UHGV virus genome: UHGV-0059448
Length of the DNA stretch: 29,315 nt
Strand: one strand, 5' to 3'
Origin: a virus
The notes under the pieces: model-generated
Database searches by the model: none
What the model saw: the letters and a program-made list of their open reading frames with translations, nothing else
Told to the model about the DNA's origin: nothing
In this document: in pieces, positions 8,610 through 18,785 of the stretch
Numbering within the stretch: position 1 is the stretch's first letter
How the letters are laid out: the number at the start of each line of letters is the position of its first letter
Made by a program: the position numbers and the translations under genes

Positions 8610-11126
8610 TTACCTGCGATTGGTCGCATTCCAGATAAGCCCACCGGGCTGGATTGCCCTGGCGATACCATCGTTGACAGATTTGTTAATCACCTGCTGA
8701 TACGCCTTACCCAGCCTGTCTCCGTCGTTTTGCTGCTGTGCGTTACCGGAAGCATTCTCGACCGTCACCGGGGCATATACACTGACACCGAAAGGTGCTG
8801 CAGCCGGGCCTGTACCACCGCCCCCGACATACCCACCCGTGGCATACCCTTTCATCATCCGGTAAAGATTGCCGACGCCGATCCGGCTGGTAGCCTCTTT
8901 GGTGAAAACAAATTCACCACGGTGAACGACACCTGCAGGTTCATATTTCCCGCCTGAACCGGTATAACCGCCACCTGCAAATCCCAGCGCGGTTGTCGCT
9001 GAATCCACCAGGCCTACCATCGCCTGTTTCAGCAGGATCTGTGTCAGCATGGAGAGCGTGGAGCGGGTGAAGTCAGCCCAGTCAGCCTTTCCGCGCGTCA
9101 GCATGTCAGCCATATTTTGCCCGATGCCATCAAACGCACTGGTGGCAGCCGACTTCATCTGGCCATAAGCATCTGAAGCAGAATCAACATAATCTGCCCA
9201 TGCGGATTTGGCTCCGGACTGCCAGTCGTCCCGCAGCTTATCCTGCTCGGCGTAATACGCCTGCAGCGCCTGCAGCTCATTCTGATAACCAGCATCGTTC
9301 TCCGAACCACCACCATTTTTCCAGCCCTGAAGAAGCTGGGCCTCTTCATTGCGACGTTGTGCTGCACGACTGCTCATACCAGCACTTTCCGCAAGGGCTC
9401 GGGTTTTCTCGCCGATCTGCGTGACGTATTTTTGGGACGTATCCTGCAGGCGATTAAGCCGCTCCTGCGCCACTATCTGATCGCCGAGCTTCGCATTCAG
9501 CTCCGCACGGGAAAGCACCTCACTTTTACTGGCCAGCAGGGATTTTTCCTCAGCAGAAAGCGTTCGGGTCTTCGCGGCCTCTTCCAGAACCGTAAAGCGG
9601 GACTGCTGACGCCACAGCTCCTGACGCTGCTGGCTGATGGTGTCATTGATGCTCTTATGCTCCTGCAGGGTGCGCAGCTGTGTCTGTAGCTCCAGCGTCT
9701 GGGCACTGGCCGTATCGGTGGCACGGGCACCTGCGGGGGTTCTGATTGCCGGGGTCTTCTTCGGCTTTTTAAGGGTGTCTTCGTACTCTTTTTTCGCGGC
9801 GGCCAGGTTGATGTTGTAGTCAGCCTGGAGGATCCGCCCCTCTTTCAGAGCCTTATTGAGCTCGCTCTGCCTGGCCGTGTATTTCTCAAGGGCAGTTTGG
9901 GTTTTGGCATAGTTGGCCTGAGCCTGCGCGGCATATTTCTGACGATCGGACTCTGCGACCGCTTCACGGGAAGCATTCTCTTCGTTCGCTTTGGCAATAC
10001 CAGCCTGCTGCTGCGCCATATCCAGCGCAAGCCTGGCCGTTTCACGATCATTCCAGAACCGGGCGCGGGCCTCATCATTCACATAATGATCGCCTTTACG
10101 CAGATTCCAGATTTCATCAGCCTTTTTAAACGCGGCCTGGGCTTTTGCCACCATCTCCTGGGCGGTGTCAGGTCTGCCAATATCAAGTGCAGCATCCCAC
10201 ATCGACTTGAAGGCACGCTTCAGGGAATCCGCTGAAGACTCAATCGTCCCCATATTGTCGCGGATGGCCTTGGTCTGATCGTTGAATCCGGCAGTAGCAG
10301 CCTGATTAGCCGCCTGCAGTGCGCCAGCCTCATCACCGGCACGCTGCAGCTGTGCCACATGGGCAATCTGTTCGGCCGTAACGTTGTGGAACTGCTGAGC
10401 CATCGCGATCAGGCCTGATGTAGGGTCAGTAGTGAGCTTGCCGTATGCGGCTGCGACTTTTTCCACCGGCACGCCGGAGGCATCAGTAAATCGCGCCACC
10501 GCCTGGCTCATTTCATCAAAGCGCGAACTCGCGCCCACCCCCGCGTTGATAAGCTCGCTCAGGGCTTCGCTGGTCTGATTGAACGTCAGCCCCGCTGCCT
10601 GGCCGTTTCGTGCCAGCGCCAACATACGATCGGCAGTCAATCCGGCCGTGTTCCCCGACAGTACCAGCGTTTTGTTGAAGTCAGATAGTGTGGATGAGCC
10701 CTGGTACCAGGCATAGAACAGCGCACCCGTTGCGGCGGACAGCGCACCGATGCCGACCATCAACGGTGAGATCGTACCCAGTAAGGCCCGGAATGTTGGT
10801 ATTATCCCGCCAAAGGAGTCCTTAACCTGACCGCCCTGCTGAAGCAGAATCAGCCAGGGGTTCTGCCCACCCGCCAGCTGCGTGGCCACGTCAGTAAACT
10901 GCGCCGGGAGCATACGCATCGCTGCGTTATACTGACCCACTGAAATACCGGCCTTACGCGCGGCGTTCTCCTGGCGGCTGAAGGACTGCTGGATACGTAA
11001 CGCTTCATCGTTTGCCGTATTGCCGGTCTGTTTTAATTCTTTTTTGACGTAGCTGAGCTGCTCGTTGAATTTTGTCGAGTTAACGTCAAGGTTAACGACC
11101 AGATCACCGACTGCCGTCTGGGCCAT
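8610..11126 (-). CDS. H: tail tape measure protein H
   Basis: 838-aa ORF, ATG at 11126 with AGGAGG SD; long Ala/Gln-rich helical protein with Gly-rich C-terminal region; follows G-T as in lambda. Confidence 0.95.
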   Translation of the reverse strand: MAQTAVGDLVVNLDVNSTKFNEQLSYVKKELKQTGNTANDEALRIQQSFSRQENAARKAGISVGQYNAAMRMLPAQFTDVATQLAGGQNPWLILLQQGGQVKDSFGGIIPTFRALLGTISPLMVGIGALSAATGALFYAWYQGSSTLSDFNKTLVLSGNTAGLTADRMLALARNGQAAGLTFNQTSEALSELINAGVGASSRFDEMSQAVARFTDASGVPVEKVAAAYGKLTTDPTSGLIAMAQQFHNVTAEQIAHVAQLQRAGDEAGALQAANQAATAGFNDQTKAIRDNMGTIESSADSLKRAFKSMWDAALDIGRPDTAQEMVAKAQAAFKKADEIWNLRKGDHYVNDEARARFWNDRETARLALDMAQQQAGIAKANEENASREAVAESDRQKYAAQAQANYAKTQTALEKYTARQSELNKALKEGRILQADYNINLAAAKKEYEDTLKKPKKTPAIRTPAGARATDTASAQTLELQTQLRTLQEHKSINDTISQQRQELWRQQSRFTVLEEAAKTRTLSAEEKSLLASKSEVLSRAELNAKLGDQIVAQERLNRLQDTSQKYVTQIGEKTRALAESAGMSSRAAQRRNEEAQLLQGWKNGGGSENDAGYQNELQALQAYYAEQDKLRDDWQSGAKSAWADYVDSASDAYGQMKSAATSAFDGIGQNMADMLTRGKADWADFTRSTLSMLTQILLKQAMVGLVDSATTALGFAGGGYTGSGGKYEPAGVVHRGEFVFTKEATSRIGVGNLYRMMKGYATGGYVGGGGTGPAAAPFGVSVYAPVTVENASGNAQQQNDGDRLGKAYQQVINKSVNDGIARAIQPGGLIWNATNRR

Positions 11127-11855
11127 AGCGCACGCCTCCTGAAATACCTGCAGCCTTCGCCATCAGCGTATCGTCATCCGGATCATCGATGTCGATGGCT
11201 TCCGGTGCAGAGGAAAGAATGCTGAAACTGTCCGGGGTTAACTCCGGATCGGCAAAAAACAGGGTTGAGATGGTGTAGAGCAAGCCGGAGAAATGTGCGT
11301 CCAGCTGCGCATCATGAAAGTAATTGTCCTGGTAGAAGATTTTCCAGTCGCCGTACTCCGTAGAGGACATGCCAGCAAGCATGGCACGCCAGTCCGGGCG
11401 ACCGAACTCACGCGCCAGTTTCATGGCAAATTTCAGCTCACTGGCGAGGACTTTTCCGCAGTAACGGGTTCAGCGGGATCATTACGTTCTTCACCGGATG
11501 AAGTCGGTTCTTCAATGACAGGCGCAATCATCCCGGACAGGAGTTTCACCTTATATTCCGCTTCGGCAACCAGTTCGGTCGGCCATGACTGCATGACCTC
11601 ATCCTGAATCTTTGCCACTTCCGCCGCCGCATTTTCTCCCTGGGAGCCTTTCAGTTCGTGGCCGTGCCAGAGTGACATCGCCACGAGGAACGCCCCACTT
11701 TTTACGGTGAGGGTGATGGCCGCCTGAAAATCGCCAGCTTCAACTGCCTCCAGCTGCTTCAGGTATTCGAGGTATTCAATACGCTGAAGCGCCGAAAGCT
11801 GGAACAATGTGACGCTGCTGCCGTTGCATTCAAGCAGTTCGCTCTTTAGAAACAT
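11104..11855 (-). CDS. T: tail assembly chaperone G-T fusion (programmed -1 frameshift product)
   Basis: The T reading frame (ORF 11104..11424) is -1 relative to G and stays open across the 3' end of G; putative slip site G GAA AAG at 11457..11451 (lambda uses G GGA AAG). Exact slip position is inferred. Confidence 0.7.
11433..11855 (-). CDS. G: tail assembly chaperone G
   Basis: 140-aa ORF, ATG at 11855 with GGAG SD; acidic C-terminus; position between V and T/H as in lambda. Confidence 0.9.
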   Translation of the reverse strand: MFLKSELLECNGSSVTLFQLSALQRIEYLEYLKQLEAVEAGDFQAAITLTVKSGAFLVAMSLWHGHELKGSQGENAAAEVAKIQDEVMQSWPTELVAEAEYKVKLLSGMIAPVIEEPTSSGEERNDPAEPVTAEKSSPVS

Positions 11856-11891
11856 AATTACTCCGGGGGAACGGGGCTCGCGCCCCGGTTA

Positions 11892-12629
11892 TCAGGAAAC
11901 AGTGACTTTGCAGATCGCCACAAAGTTACCGTCATTGCTCATAACGATGATTTCGACGGTGCCTGCCGCCACGCCGGTGACCGTCAGTGTGTTACCGTTA
12001 GCCGTAACTGTGGCTTTGGCCCGGTCAGCTGACGATACGCGGAAGGATTTATCTGACGCACTGGCCGGAAGAACAGATACAACCAGTTGCACAGTTTTAC
12101 CGACCGCAACAGCTGCAGTGGATTTATCCAGGCTGATCCCCGTGACAGCAATCGGCGCGGCACCACTGTCTTCTGCCAGTGATGGTTTGCCGTTGTTGGT
12201 GATTTTGGCCGTCCGGGTCATGACCTCTTTGGACGTAATGGTTTTACCGAGGCTGCTCACCCAGCCCTTAAACACATCGACAACACCATTTGGGTATTTG
12301 ATTTTATATCCCCTCACGGTGCCCTCATCGAACCAGATCACAAGGTCCTGCTGACCGGAATCTCCCGGCATCCACGCGAGCGTCAGGTTGGTTTCACCGG
12401 CTGATTTCTGCCCCTGCATGGTTGATGTCCAGTCAGCATTCTCATCATCGATGTAGGTATCATCCTCAGATTCGGCGGTCAGTTCGCCGGGCTGCAGGTC
12501 TTTAATCTTTGCCAGGCGCAGCCAGTCAACGTCTGAAAGCGGATTGGCGTATGGATCTCCGGTTCCGGTGTAAACCCAGAGGGTGGTACCAGCACCTTTT
12601 GTTGGTGTCAGCGGGTTTGGTGTGGCCAT
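11892..12629 (-). CDS. V: major tail protein V (with C-terminal Ig-like domain)
   Basis: 245-aa ORF; N-terminus [10 protein letters not shown]...[13 protein letters not shown] and C-terminal Big_2-like segment closely resemble lambda V as recalled. Confidence 0.95.
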   Translation of the reverse strand: MATPNPLTPTKGAGTTLWVYTGTGDPYANPLSDVDWLRLAKIKDLQPGELTAESEDDTYIDDENADWTSTMQGQKSAGETNLTLAWMPGDSGQQDLVIWFDEGTVRGYKIKYPNGVVDVFKGWVSSLGKTITSKEVMTRTAKITNNGKPSLAEDSGAAPIAVTGISLDKSTAAVAVGKTVQLVVSVLPASASDKSFRVSSADRAKATVTANGNTLTVTGVAAGTVEIIVMSNDGNFVAICKVTVS

Positions 12630-12636
12630 AGGGTCC

Positions 12637-13035
12637 TCACATGTCGTAAGTAATGGAATATTTCAGGTCCGCAGAACTCCACAGCGCCATATCGTCATCG
12701 CGCTGGTAGTCATAGCCCTGCTGAACCATTGTGGTGATAAGGGATTCAAGCCCCGGAACCTCTGCGAGAACCGGATACACTCGCGTCTCCATCCAGTCAT
12801 CCAGCTCAGAATCAGGTACCTGAGCCTCAAGAAAGACTTCGATATGCAGAATGGCCTGCCAGCTGTCGGCGTCCAGTTCTTCCCCGGTGTATTCCGCATC
12901 TGTCAGGTAAACGGCAACAGCGGGAAAATCACCCTCTTCGAGCACTGCAGGTCTGCCGTCAAAATAAATGGCGTCAGTACCAATCGCGCTCTCCAGCGCG
13001 TCAATAATCACCTTGCGAATATCGCTGTGTTTCAT
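12637..13035 (-). CDS. U: tail terminator protein U
   Basis: 132-aa ORF; FDGRPAV...FPAVAVYLT...EYTGEELD motifs as in lambda U; ATG overlaps Z stop. Confidence 0.95.
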   Translation of the reverse strand: MKHSDIRKVIIDALESAIGTDAIYFDGRPAVLEEGDFPAVAVYLTDAEYTGEELDADSWQAILHIEVFLEAQVPDSELDDWMETRVYPVLAEVPGLESLITTMVQQGYDYQRDDDMALWSSADLKYSITYDM

Positions 13036-13586
13036 CGTGTCAGAATTAACCTGAGTTGGTTGGTAAGGGATGCCCGGAGTTCTTTGGGCATATCTGACTC
13101 CATAAGCTTTGGCAGTTCTTCTTTAAACGCCGTAGTTAATGGAGCTGCCAGCGGGATGCTGACCACTTCAATGGGGTAACGGGGTTTTGACGTCCGCCTC
13201 ATGACATGCCAGCGGCCATTTTTAAGCTGCTGGATAAAACCGCCCGGAAAACGGAACGGCCCTATACGCAGAACGCTGTTGGCCCCTTTCTTGTCACGTT
13301 TTCTGCGGGAAAGTCGCACGCTTGCGGTACCGAGTTTAATAGCCGGTAAATTGCCCCGGTTTACACGGATAAGCGCGCGAGGTTTATTGACCGTGGCACG
13401 CTTCACCCTGGCGCGTTGCTTTACCAGTTTTCGCGGTACGCGCGTATCTTTTGATACGACTGCCACGCTGCGGCTGACGGCCCGGTTTGCCACGCGGTTA
13501 ACGGCCTGCGCCGATGCCCGCGGAACAGCCGTTTTGCTGATGCTGTTAAGGTTTTCTATGGCCTGTTCAAGGCCTTTTATGGACAT
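13032..13586 (-). CDS. Z: tail completion protein Z
   Basis: 184-aa ORF; MSIKGLEQAIENL... and FIQQLKNGRWHVM motifs as in lambda Z. Confidence 0.95.
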   Translation of the reverse strand: MSIKGLEQAIENLNSISKTAVPRASAQAVNRVANRAVSRSVAVVSKDTRVPRKLVKQRARVKRATVNKPRALIRVNRGNLPAIKLGTASVRLSRRKRDKKGANSVLRIGPFRFPGGFIQQLKNGRWHVMRRTSKPRYPIEVVSIPLAAPLTTAFKEELPKLMESDMPKELRASLTNQLRLILTR

Positions 13587-13595
13587 ATGCGCTCC

Positions 13596-13949
13596 TTAAC
13601 GGCGACGCGAAGATGCAGGTGGAGAGCCGTTACCCAGACAGATATGACAGGAGCCACAGTCATCCGGACCAATACGTTCAACCCAGAATTGCCGACCGTT
13701 AATCGTCAGCGTGTCCATACGCTGCAGCTGCCTGACAGTGGCGGTTTCCACAAACAGGGTCGGGCTGGTTCCTTCAACACGAATCCCGGCACCGGCATAT
13801 CCGATATTTTCTGGATCATCGAATACACCGACCAGGGTGGCACCTGACAAAGCGCCTGACATCACCTTTGCCTCTGTGCCCATCACACCACGGATAGCGC
13901 TATCAGCTCGCGACATGGCCTCGTCAAAGAGATTATCGAAATCAGCCAT
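13596..13949 (-). CDS. FII: head-tail connector protein FII
   Basis: 117-aa ORF beginning MADFDNLFDEA..., with VFDDPENIGYAGAGIRVEG as in lambda FII. Confidence 0.95.
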   Translation of the reverse strand: MADFDNLFDEAMSRADSAIRGVMGTEAKVMSGALSGATLVGVFDDPENIGYAGAGIRVEGTSPTLFVETATVRQLQRMDTLTINGRQFWVERIGPDDCGSCHICLGNGSPPASSRRR

Positions 13950-13959
13950 GTGGCCCCCT

Positions 13960-14394
13960 TCAGACTTCGAAAGCCAGCCCCTTTGCGATCAAGTCGTCGG
14001 CATCCTGTTCAGATACGCGGATAATCACACCAGGCTCTACGATAGATACCGGCTCGTTACGCGTGGCATGCAGAGCGTCAATATGCAGGGTGGCCAGCGT
14101 TTCTACTGATACCAGGTCACCCGTTGTGGCCGATTCCGTTTTTACTTTTGCCACGTTAGCAACATTGTTGTCGGTGCTGTCGGTGCTGTCGGTGCTGTCG
14201 GTGCTGTCGGTGCTGTCGGAAGCATTCTGCACGCCGTTTTCACCGTCAACTGACCCGGCATTGCCATCCAGTTCCTCTTCAAGCTCAGCAATACGCATCG
14301 TCAGTTCCTGAATGGTGCCGCTGGTACTGACCTCGCGGTTAAGCTGGGTCCCAAGTTCATTCAGGCGGGCGACCAGCTTTTCTTTTTCTGTCAT
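13960..14394 (-). CDS. FI: DNA packaging protein FI
   Basis: ATG at 14394 (MTEKEKLVARLNELGTQLNREV...) with GGAG SD, preferred over the upstream start at 14430; C-terminal LHIDALHATRNEPVSIVEPG resembles lambda FI; contains an in-frame (STD)n repeat. Confidence 0.85.
   Translation of the reverse strand: MTEKEKLVARLNELGTQLNREVSTSGTIQELTMRIAELEEELDGNAGSVDGENGVQNASDSTDSTDSTDSTDSTDNNVANVAKVKTESATTGDLVSVETLATLHIDALHATRNEPVSIVEPGVIIRVSEQDADDLIAKGLAFEV
14170..14214. repeat. 9-bp tandem repeat GTCGGTGCT x5 (plus degenerate flanking copies) inside FI, encoding (Ser-Thr-Asp)n
   Basis: Five perfect head-to-tail copies at 14170..14214 with partial copies at 14164..14169 and 14215..14220; in frame on the minus strand (AGCACCGAC). 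Confidence 0.9.
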
Positions 14395-14439
14395 GGGAAA
14401 TACTCCAGAAAGGTGGCCCGACAGGGCCACTGGGGGAAG

Positions 14440-15465
14440 TTATGCCAGTTTGACGGAGACGAATGCGTCAGGGTCTGGCAGCAGCATCAGCGGAGCTGAC
14501 TGAATCATGGTGAATTCGCGCGCCGGATCCCCCGACTGCACCCAGTTTTTCGGGTAGCGTGTCGAGGCATTGATACCTTCGCGCTGGGCATCAGCATCAA
14601 GAATGCAGCCATAGGTACGCAGGCCACGAGCCTGGGTATTCCCCAGCACCATTGTCAGGTCCGGCAGATAATTCTTTTTGACGTCGTTTTCGACGTACTG
14701 GCCGGAGTACACCACGATGGCCACATCGCCAAACATCCCCTTGTATGAAACAGCCATACCCAGGTCTTTCACGGCAGTTTCCAGCTCAGAGTTAGAACCA
14801 CGACGCGTATCCAGCTTCTTCTCAACAGCCTTGAAGGAACGGAACAGCGCCCAGCCTTTCGGATCGAACACAATGATGTTGACCACACCGCTGGCGTTGA
14901 GCGCGTAGGCTTCAATGTCATCGGTCGGGTCATACGTTTCTTTGTCGCGGGTTGACCATGCAGCCGCACCGGCCTGGACAATGTTGTTACCAGCGCTGCG
15001 GCCCATATCGACTTCAACAGGCTCGAACGCTTCCCCGGTCATGGTGTATTTACCGCTGAGCACCGCCGAAACAGCCTGTTTCTCTTCGACCTGAGCAATC
15101 GCCAGCTCTTCATCCTTCATGTTCTGAAGGATAATGCGGCGACGGCGATAGACCGGGTCAGCGAGATTCTGCGGATCCTCATCCGGCAGGCGGCGGAGAG
15201 TCATCAGTGGGTTAACTTCGTGTTTCGGCTTCACATAACCCGGCGTGAATTCAGAAGTGCTGCCGCCCCGGGAGCGGATCACTTTGCCGGAGACAATCGG
15301 CGAGACGTAAAGCGCCATATTGACCAGGCCAGGAATTTGCGACAGGTAAACCTTCTCTGTACTGAAGGGATAGGTTTCGCGGAAAAAGATACGCAGGAAA
15401 AGCGGATCGAATTTGAGTTTCTTCTCATTGACCGCCAGCAGTTGGGCAGTGGTGTAAACGGACAT
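14440..15465 (-). CDS. E: major capsid protein E
   Basis: 341-aa ORF nearly collinear with lambda E as recalled (MS.YTTAQLLA...KFDPLFLR...YLSQIPGLVNMALYVSPIVSG...). Confidence 0.97.
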   Translation of the reverse strand: MSVYTTAQLLAVNEKKLKFDPLFLRIFFRETYPFSTEKVYLSQIPGLVNMALYVSPIVSGKVIRSRGGSTSEFTPGYVKPKHEVNPLMTLRRLPDEDPQNLADPVYRRRRIILQNMKDEELAIAQVEEKQAVSAVLSGKYTMTGEAFEPVEVDMGRSAGNNIVQAGAAAWSTRDKETYDPTDDIEAYALNASGVVNIIVFDPKGWALFRSFKAVEKKLDTRRGSNSELETAVKDLGMAVSYKGMFGDVAIVVYSGQYVENDVKKNYLPDLTMVLGNTQARGLRTYGCILDADAQREGINASTRYPKNWVQSGDPAREFTMIQSAPLMLLPDPDAFVSVKLA

Positions 15466-15478
15466 AGATTTTTCCCGT

Positions 15479-15503
15479 AAAAAAAGCCGCGCAAGCGGCT
15501 TTT
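15479..15503 (-). terminator. intrinsic terminator-like hairpin between D and E
   Basis: Minus-strand RNA AGCCGC-UUGC-GCGGCU followed by UUUUUUU; lies 30 nt after the D stop and about 15 nt before the E start. Confidence 0.55.
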
Positions 15504-15532
15504 ATGAATGATGATGGTTGTAGAAATGCGGA

Positions 15533-15865
15533 TTAAACGATGCTGATTGCAGTACCGGCGAACGCGTTACGTTTAATGTTGTCGTCGGTGACGGCAGATG
15601 GCCAGAGGACATCTTCAATACGGAAAGAGCCAGATTTGTAATATGCCAGTTCCGCGCTGTTCTGGTCTGCGGTTACAGCCAGGATGCCCATTGCCGCGCC
15701 AGCATGAGCACCATCCCAGACGGTCAGCTTGCCGGAAGTGGCATCCAGCATCAGGGGCGTCATCGCCGGTACTGCTTTCGTCAGTTCACCAGGTGCAAAA
15801 CCGGTATGCGCCGGATCACTGTTCCCGAGGGGCTGATTGTGCGTAAATTGTTCAGTGTTAGACAT
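15533..15865 (-). CDS. D: head decoration protein D
   Basis: 110-aa ORF; [14 protein letters not shown]...AMTPLMLD...FAGTAISIV as in lambda D. Confidence 0.95.
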   Translation of the reverse strand: MSNTEQFTHNQPLGNSDPAHTGFAPGELTKAVPAMTPLMLDATSGKLTVWDGAHAGAAMGILAVTADQNSAELAYYKSGSFRIEDVLWPSAVTDDNIKRNAFAGTAISIV

Positions 15866-15874
15866 GTTGACCTC

Positions 15875-16282
15875 TTAAACAGGCGTATTTAACAAATCGT
15901 CACCCGCTTCGGCAGAAGCGCTACCTGCCGTTATGGTGCCGGGTGCGGTTTCCATCAGACGATCCAGCGCGGTATCCGTACGCGCCTGAGCACTCAGAGG
16001 AGCCGCGGCAAGGATGCGCTGGGCACTTTCCACCGTCATCCCGGGCGTTTCCGCCAGCGCGCGCGCCTGTGATTCACGCCCTTTCGCCTCTTCACAGTTC
16101 AGGATCCCCATAATGCGACCGTTTTCGGCTGCGACCGCCGCTGCCACCTGGCTGCTGATATCAACAGTTGCGCCCGCTGCAGGGTCAGTAACGACCGCAG
16201 CAGGCACGTCAACGGTGGTCACGGTCTGGTCAGCAGATGCTGCTGGTTGAGTGGTATCTGCGGATGCAGTAGTACCTTTCAT
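15875..16282 (-). CDS. Nu3: capsid scaffolding protein Nu3 (nested in-frame in the 3' part of C)
   Basis: Internal ATG at 16282 preceded by GAGGAGGAAGC Shine-Dalgarno inside the C frame; product begins MKGTTASADTT... and ends with the C C-terminus, as for lambda Nu3. Confidence 0.75.
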   Translation of the reverse strand: MKGTTASADTTQPAASADQTVTTVDVPAAVVTDPAAGATVDISSQVAAAVAAENGRIMGILNCEEAKGRESQARALAETPGMTVESAQRILAAAPLSAQARTDTALDRLMETAPGTITAGSASAEAGDDLLNTPV

Positions 16283-17212
16283 GCTTCCTCCTCGGGAAAT
16301 CATCGTTCGTTTGTTAATTGCATCGCGCATAACGTTCAGCGCATCCATGTTGTTGACCAGCTGCTCCGCCAGGCCGTTGTCAACTGATTCCTGGCCTGAA
16401 AAAACAGCTGCTTCAGTATCAAGAACGGCCTGAACCGACATGCCGGTATAACCCGCCACCTTTTCAGCGAACATCTGCCGGGTAGCGTCGATACGCGCCT
16501 GAAAATCTGCGCGTACCTCTTTGGGTAATTTCTCGTAGGGGTTCCCGTCCACCTTGTGATCGCCGCTGTAAATCAGCGTGACCTCAACGCCGCTGGTTTT
16601 AAGGGCGGCGCCGTAATTGCTGTGGGCCATCATGACCCCGATGGATCCCGTTCTGGCCGTCTGGGTCACAAGCCGACGTGATGCCGCACTGGCAATCAGC
16701 TGGCCAGCGCTGCAGTTCATATCGTTGGCTAACGCCCAGATGGGTTTGATATCCCGCATGCGGGCGATGATGTCCGCACAGTCAAAGGCACCCGCCACCA
16801 TTCCACCTGGCGTATCCATATCCAGAAGAATGCCGTCTACACCCGGATCGCTGATTGCCTGCTGGAGGCGGGCGATGATGCCGTTGTACCCCGTCATCCC
16901 CGAATACGGCTGGAGTGAGCGGGTTTTACTGACCAGCGTCCCGGAAACAGGCAGCACCGCGATACCATCAGTAACCTGGTAGCTTCGCGCTGGTTTTGGG
17001 CCCATGTCCTCATCATCACCAAAGAGAGCCAGCGGTTCAGCCATCTGCTCTGCACCTAGCGTCACGCCCGACACGGTGTCGGTCAGACGGGTGATACCTA
17101 ACTGACCAGCGAGAGCACAAAAGAAAACCCGCGCATAGGCGGGTTCAAGTAAAAGCGGCTCATTGAAGGCCATACTGGCAATGTGCGGGAGATTACGCAG
17201 CTCTGGCGTCAT
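15875..17212 (-). CDS. C: prohead protease C (ClpP/S49-like)
   Basis: ATG at 17212 ([19 protein letters not shown]...) with GAGGAGGGG SD, preferred over the upstream ATG at 17227; DMDTPGGMVAGAFD motif; overlaps the 3' end of B. Confidence 0.95.
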   Translation of the reverse strand: MTPELRNLPHIASMAFNEPLLLEPAYARVFFCALAGQLGITRLTDTVSGVTLGAEQMAEPLALFGDDEDMGPKPARSYQVTDGIAVLPVSGTLVSKTRSLQPYSGMTGYNGIIARLQQAISDPGVDGILLDMDTPGGMVAGAFDCADIIARMRDIKPIWALANDMNCSAGQLIASAASRRLVTQTARTGSIGVMMAHSNYGAALKTSGVEVTLIYSGDHKVDGNPYEKLPKEVRADFQARIDATRQMFAEKVAGYTGMSVQAVLDTEAAVFSGQESVDNGLAEQLVNNMDALNVMRDAINKRTMISRGGSMKGTTASADTTQPAASADQTVTTVDVPAAVVTDPAAGATVDISSQVAAAVAAENGRIMGILNCEEAKGRESQARALAETPGMTVESAQRILAAAPLSAQARTDTALDRLMETAPGTITAGSASAEAGDDLLNTPV

Positions 17213-18785
17213 CGGTCCCCTCCTCATTCGATTTTTTCACTCCAGACTCAAAGGCCGAAGCCGCCCACGCTGGCGGTTTAAGTCCCGCTGCGCGACGCTC
17301 CATCGTTTCGCGAACCTGCTGGGCAAAGATTTCCTGATAATCTTCCCCCCGTTTGGCGCATTCCTTCTCATAGGTGCTCAGCCCAGCCTCAATGAGCATG
17401 ACAGCCTCCTGCACCTCCTTCAGACCGTCAATGGCCATTCTCCCGGAGCCGATCCAGTCTGCATTTCCCCAGGCGCTTCTCGCCTCCTGAAAACTGAATC
17501 GGGCTTTAGACGGTAGTGTCACCACCCGGCGAACAATGGCCTCTTCCAGCCAGCATAAAAACATCTGACAGGCCTGGCGGGAGGCAACAAATTTGCGGCG
17601 CCCCATAAAGTACGCCCAGGACTCGTTAGCACTGGCGCGGGCGGTGGAATAACTCATCTGCGAATAGTTGCGAGAGAGTTGCTCATACGACACACCCAGC
17701 CCTGCAGCAATGTAGCGCAGCAGAGATTGTTCAAACGTCGAATAGCCGTTATCAGTATCCTGCGCTGACTGAAGATTCAGGGAGTCGCCCGGCATCAGAT
17801 GCGGCACCTTCGCGCCGCCGAGACGAACCGGCGCAGCGGTATAGTACGAGGCCATCTCCCCCAGCCAGCCGGTCATCTTGCTTTGCTGCTCTTTACTGTC
17901 TGAGCCGAGAATAAAGTCCATCGCGGTTTGCGTATCCAGCTCACTTTCAATCGTGGCGGCATACATCGCCTTGACAATCGCGCTCTGGAGCTGCGTATTC
18001 TGCAGTGTATCGAGCATTTTCATTTGCTCCATGACGCTGTAAAACACGTTAGCACCGCGTGTCTGCCCATCTTCCAGGGGTTCAAATACGTGGATAAAGG
18101 AAGGCCGCCCGCCTGGCAGCTCACGCGGGATGTAGGTCCACTTCTGCGCCATCCACCCCGGATAGCCATCTTCGCTGACGTAATATCCCAGCGCGGCGCC
18201 ACTGTCATTTGTTCTGACCCCCGCCCGACAGTTTCGCGTGTCTCCGGCGTTATTGGGGTTGCTGATGCGTTTCGGGCTCACCATTTTGAACTGTGTGCGG
18301 AAAAGACGCGTGGAATCACTGTCCCAGGTGGCCTGTGCACATAACTCACCGTTAAACGCATGCATGGATACACCTTCACGGATCATCATGGTGAATGTAC
18401 GCTTACGTTCCGCATCAATGCAGCAGCAATCATCCTCCGCAAATTCTTTCCAGGCCGCCTCAACTTCACGGGAGAACGCCCGGGCCTCTTCCTCTCCAAT
18501 GCCAAGAAAACGCCAGCTGGGCCGATAACTGAGCCGGAAAAACGACCCTACAATGTGGTCCTGATGGAGCTGTACCGCGTTTGCCGCATAGCCGTTATTG
18601 CGGACCAGATCGTCAGCGCGCGCGTTACCACGGGAAAAATTAGGCAATAACGCAGCATCTGCGCTTTCACTCGGTGGATTCCAGGCGCGGAGCTGACCGC
18701 CAAAGCCACCAGCACCGCCATGGTATCCGGCATAATCCCGCAGAGCGGTTTTACCGTCCGGTCCTAACAAAGCAGGTGTTTTCAT
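17193..18785 (-). CDS. B: portal protein B
   Basis: 530-aa ORF nearly collinear with lambda B as recalled (YAGYHGG...GFGGQLR.WNPPSES...). Confidence 0.97.
   Translation of the reverse strand: MKTPALLGPDGKTALRDYAGYHGGAGGFGGQLRAWNPPSESADAALLPNFSRGNARADDLVRNNGYAANAVQLHQDHIVGSFFRLSYRPSWRFLGIGEEEARAFSREVEAAWKEFAEDDCCCIDAERKRTFTMMIREGVSMHAFNGELCAQATWDSDSTRLFRTQFKMVSPKRISNPNNAGDTRNCRAGVRTNDSGAALGYYVSEDGYPGWMAQKWTYIPRELPGGRPSFIHVFEPLEDGQTRGANVFYSVMEQMKMLDTLQNTQLQSAIVKAMYAATIESELDTQTAMDFILGSDSKEQQSKMTGWLGEMASYYTAAPVRLGGAKVPHLMPGDSLNLQSAQDTDNGYSTFEQSLLRYIAAGLGVSYEQLSRNYSQMSYSTARASANESWAYFMGRRKFVASRQACQMFLCWLEEAIVRRVVTLPSKARFSFQEARSAWGNADWIGSGRMAIDGLKEVQEAVMLIEAGLSTYEKECAKRGEDYQEIFAQQVRETMERRAAGLKPPAWAASAFESGVKKSNEEGTDDARAA

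Noticed and set aside
11872-11887. GC-rich hairpin (CGGGGC-TCGC-GCCCCG) between V and G as a terminator
   Set aside because: Followed by UUCCCCCGGAG on the minus strand rather than a U-tract, and it overlaps the G ribosome binding site; more likely an mRNA structure than a terminator.
14164-14220. Possible CRISPR-like repeat array
   Set aside because: The unit is only 9 bp, copies are directly adjacent with no spacers, and the repeat is in frame inside the FI gene; it is a coding tandem repeat.
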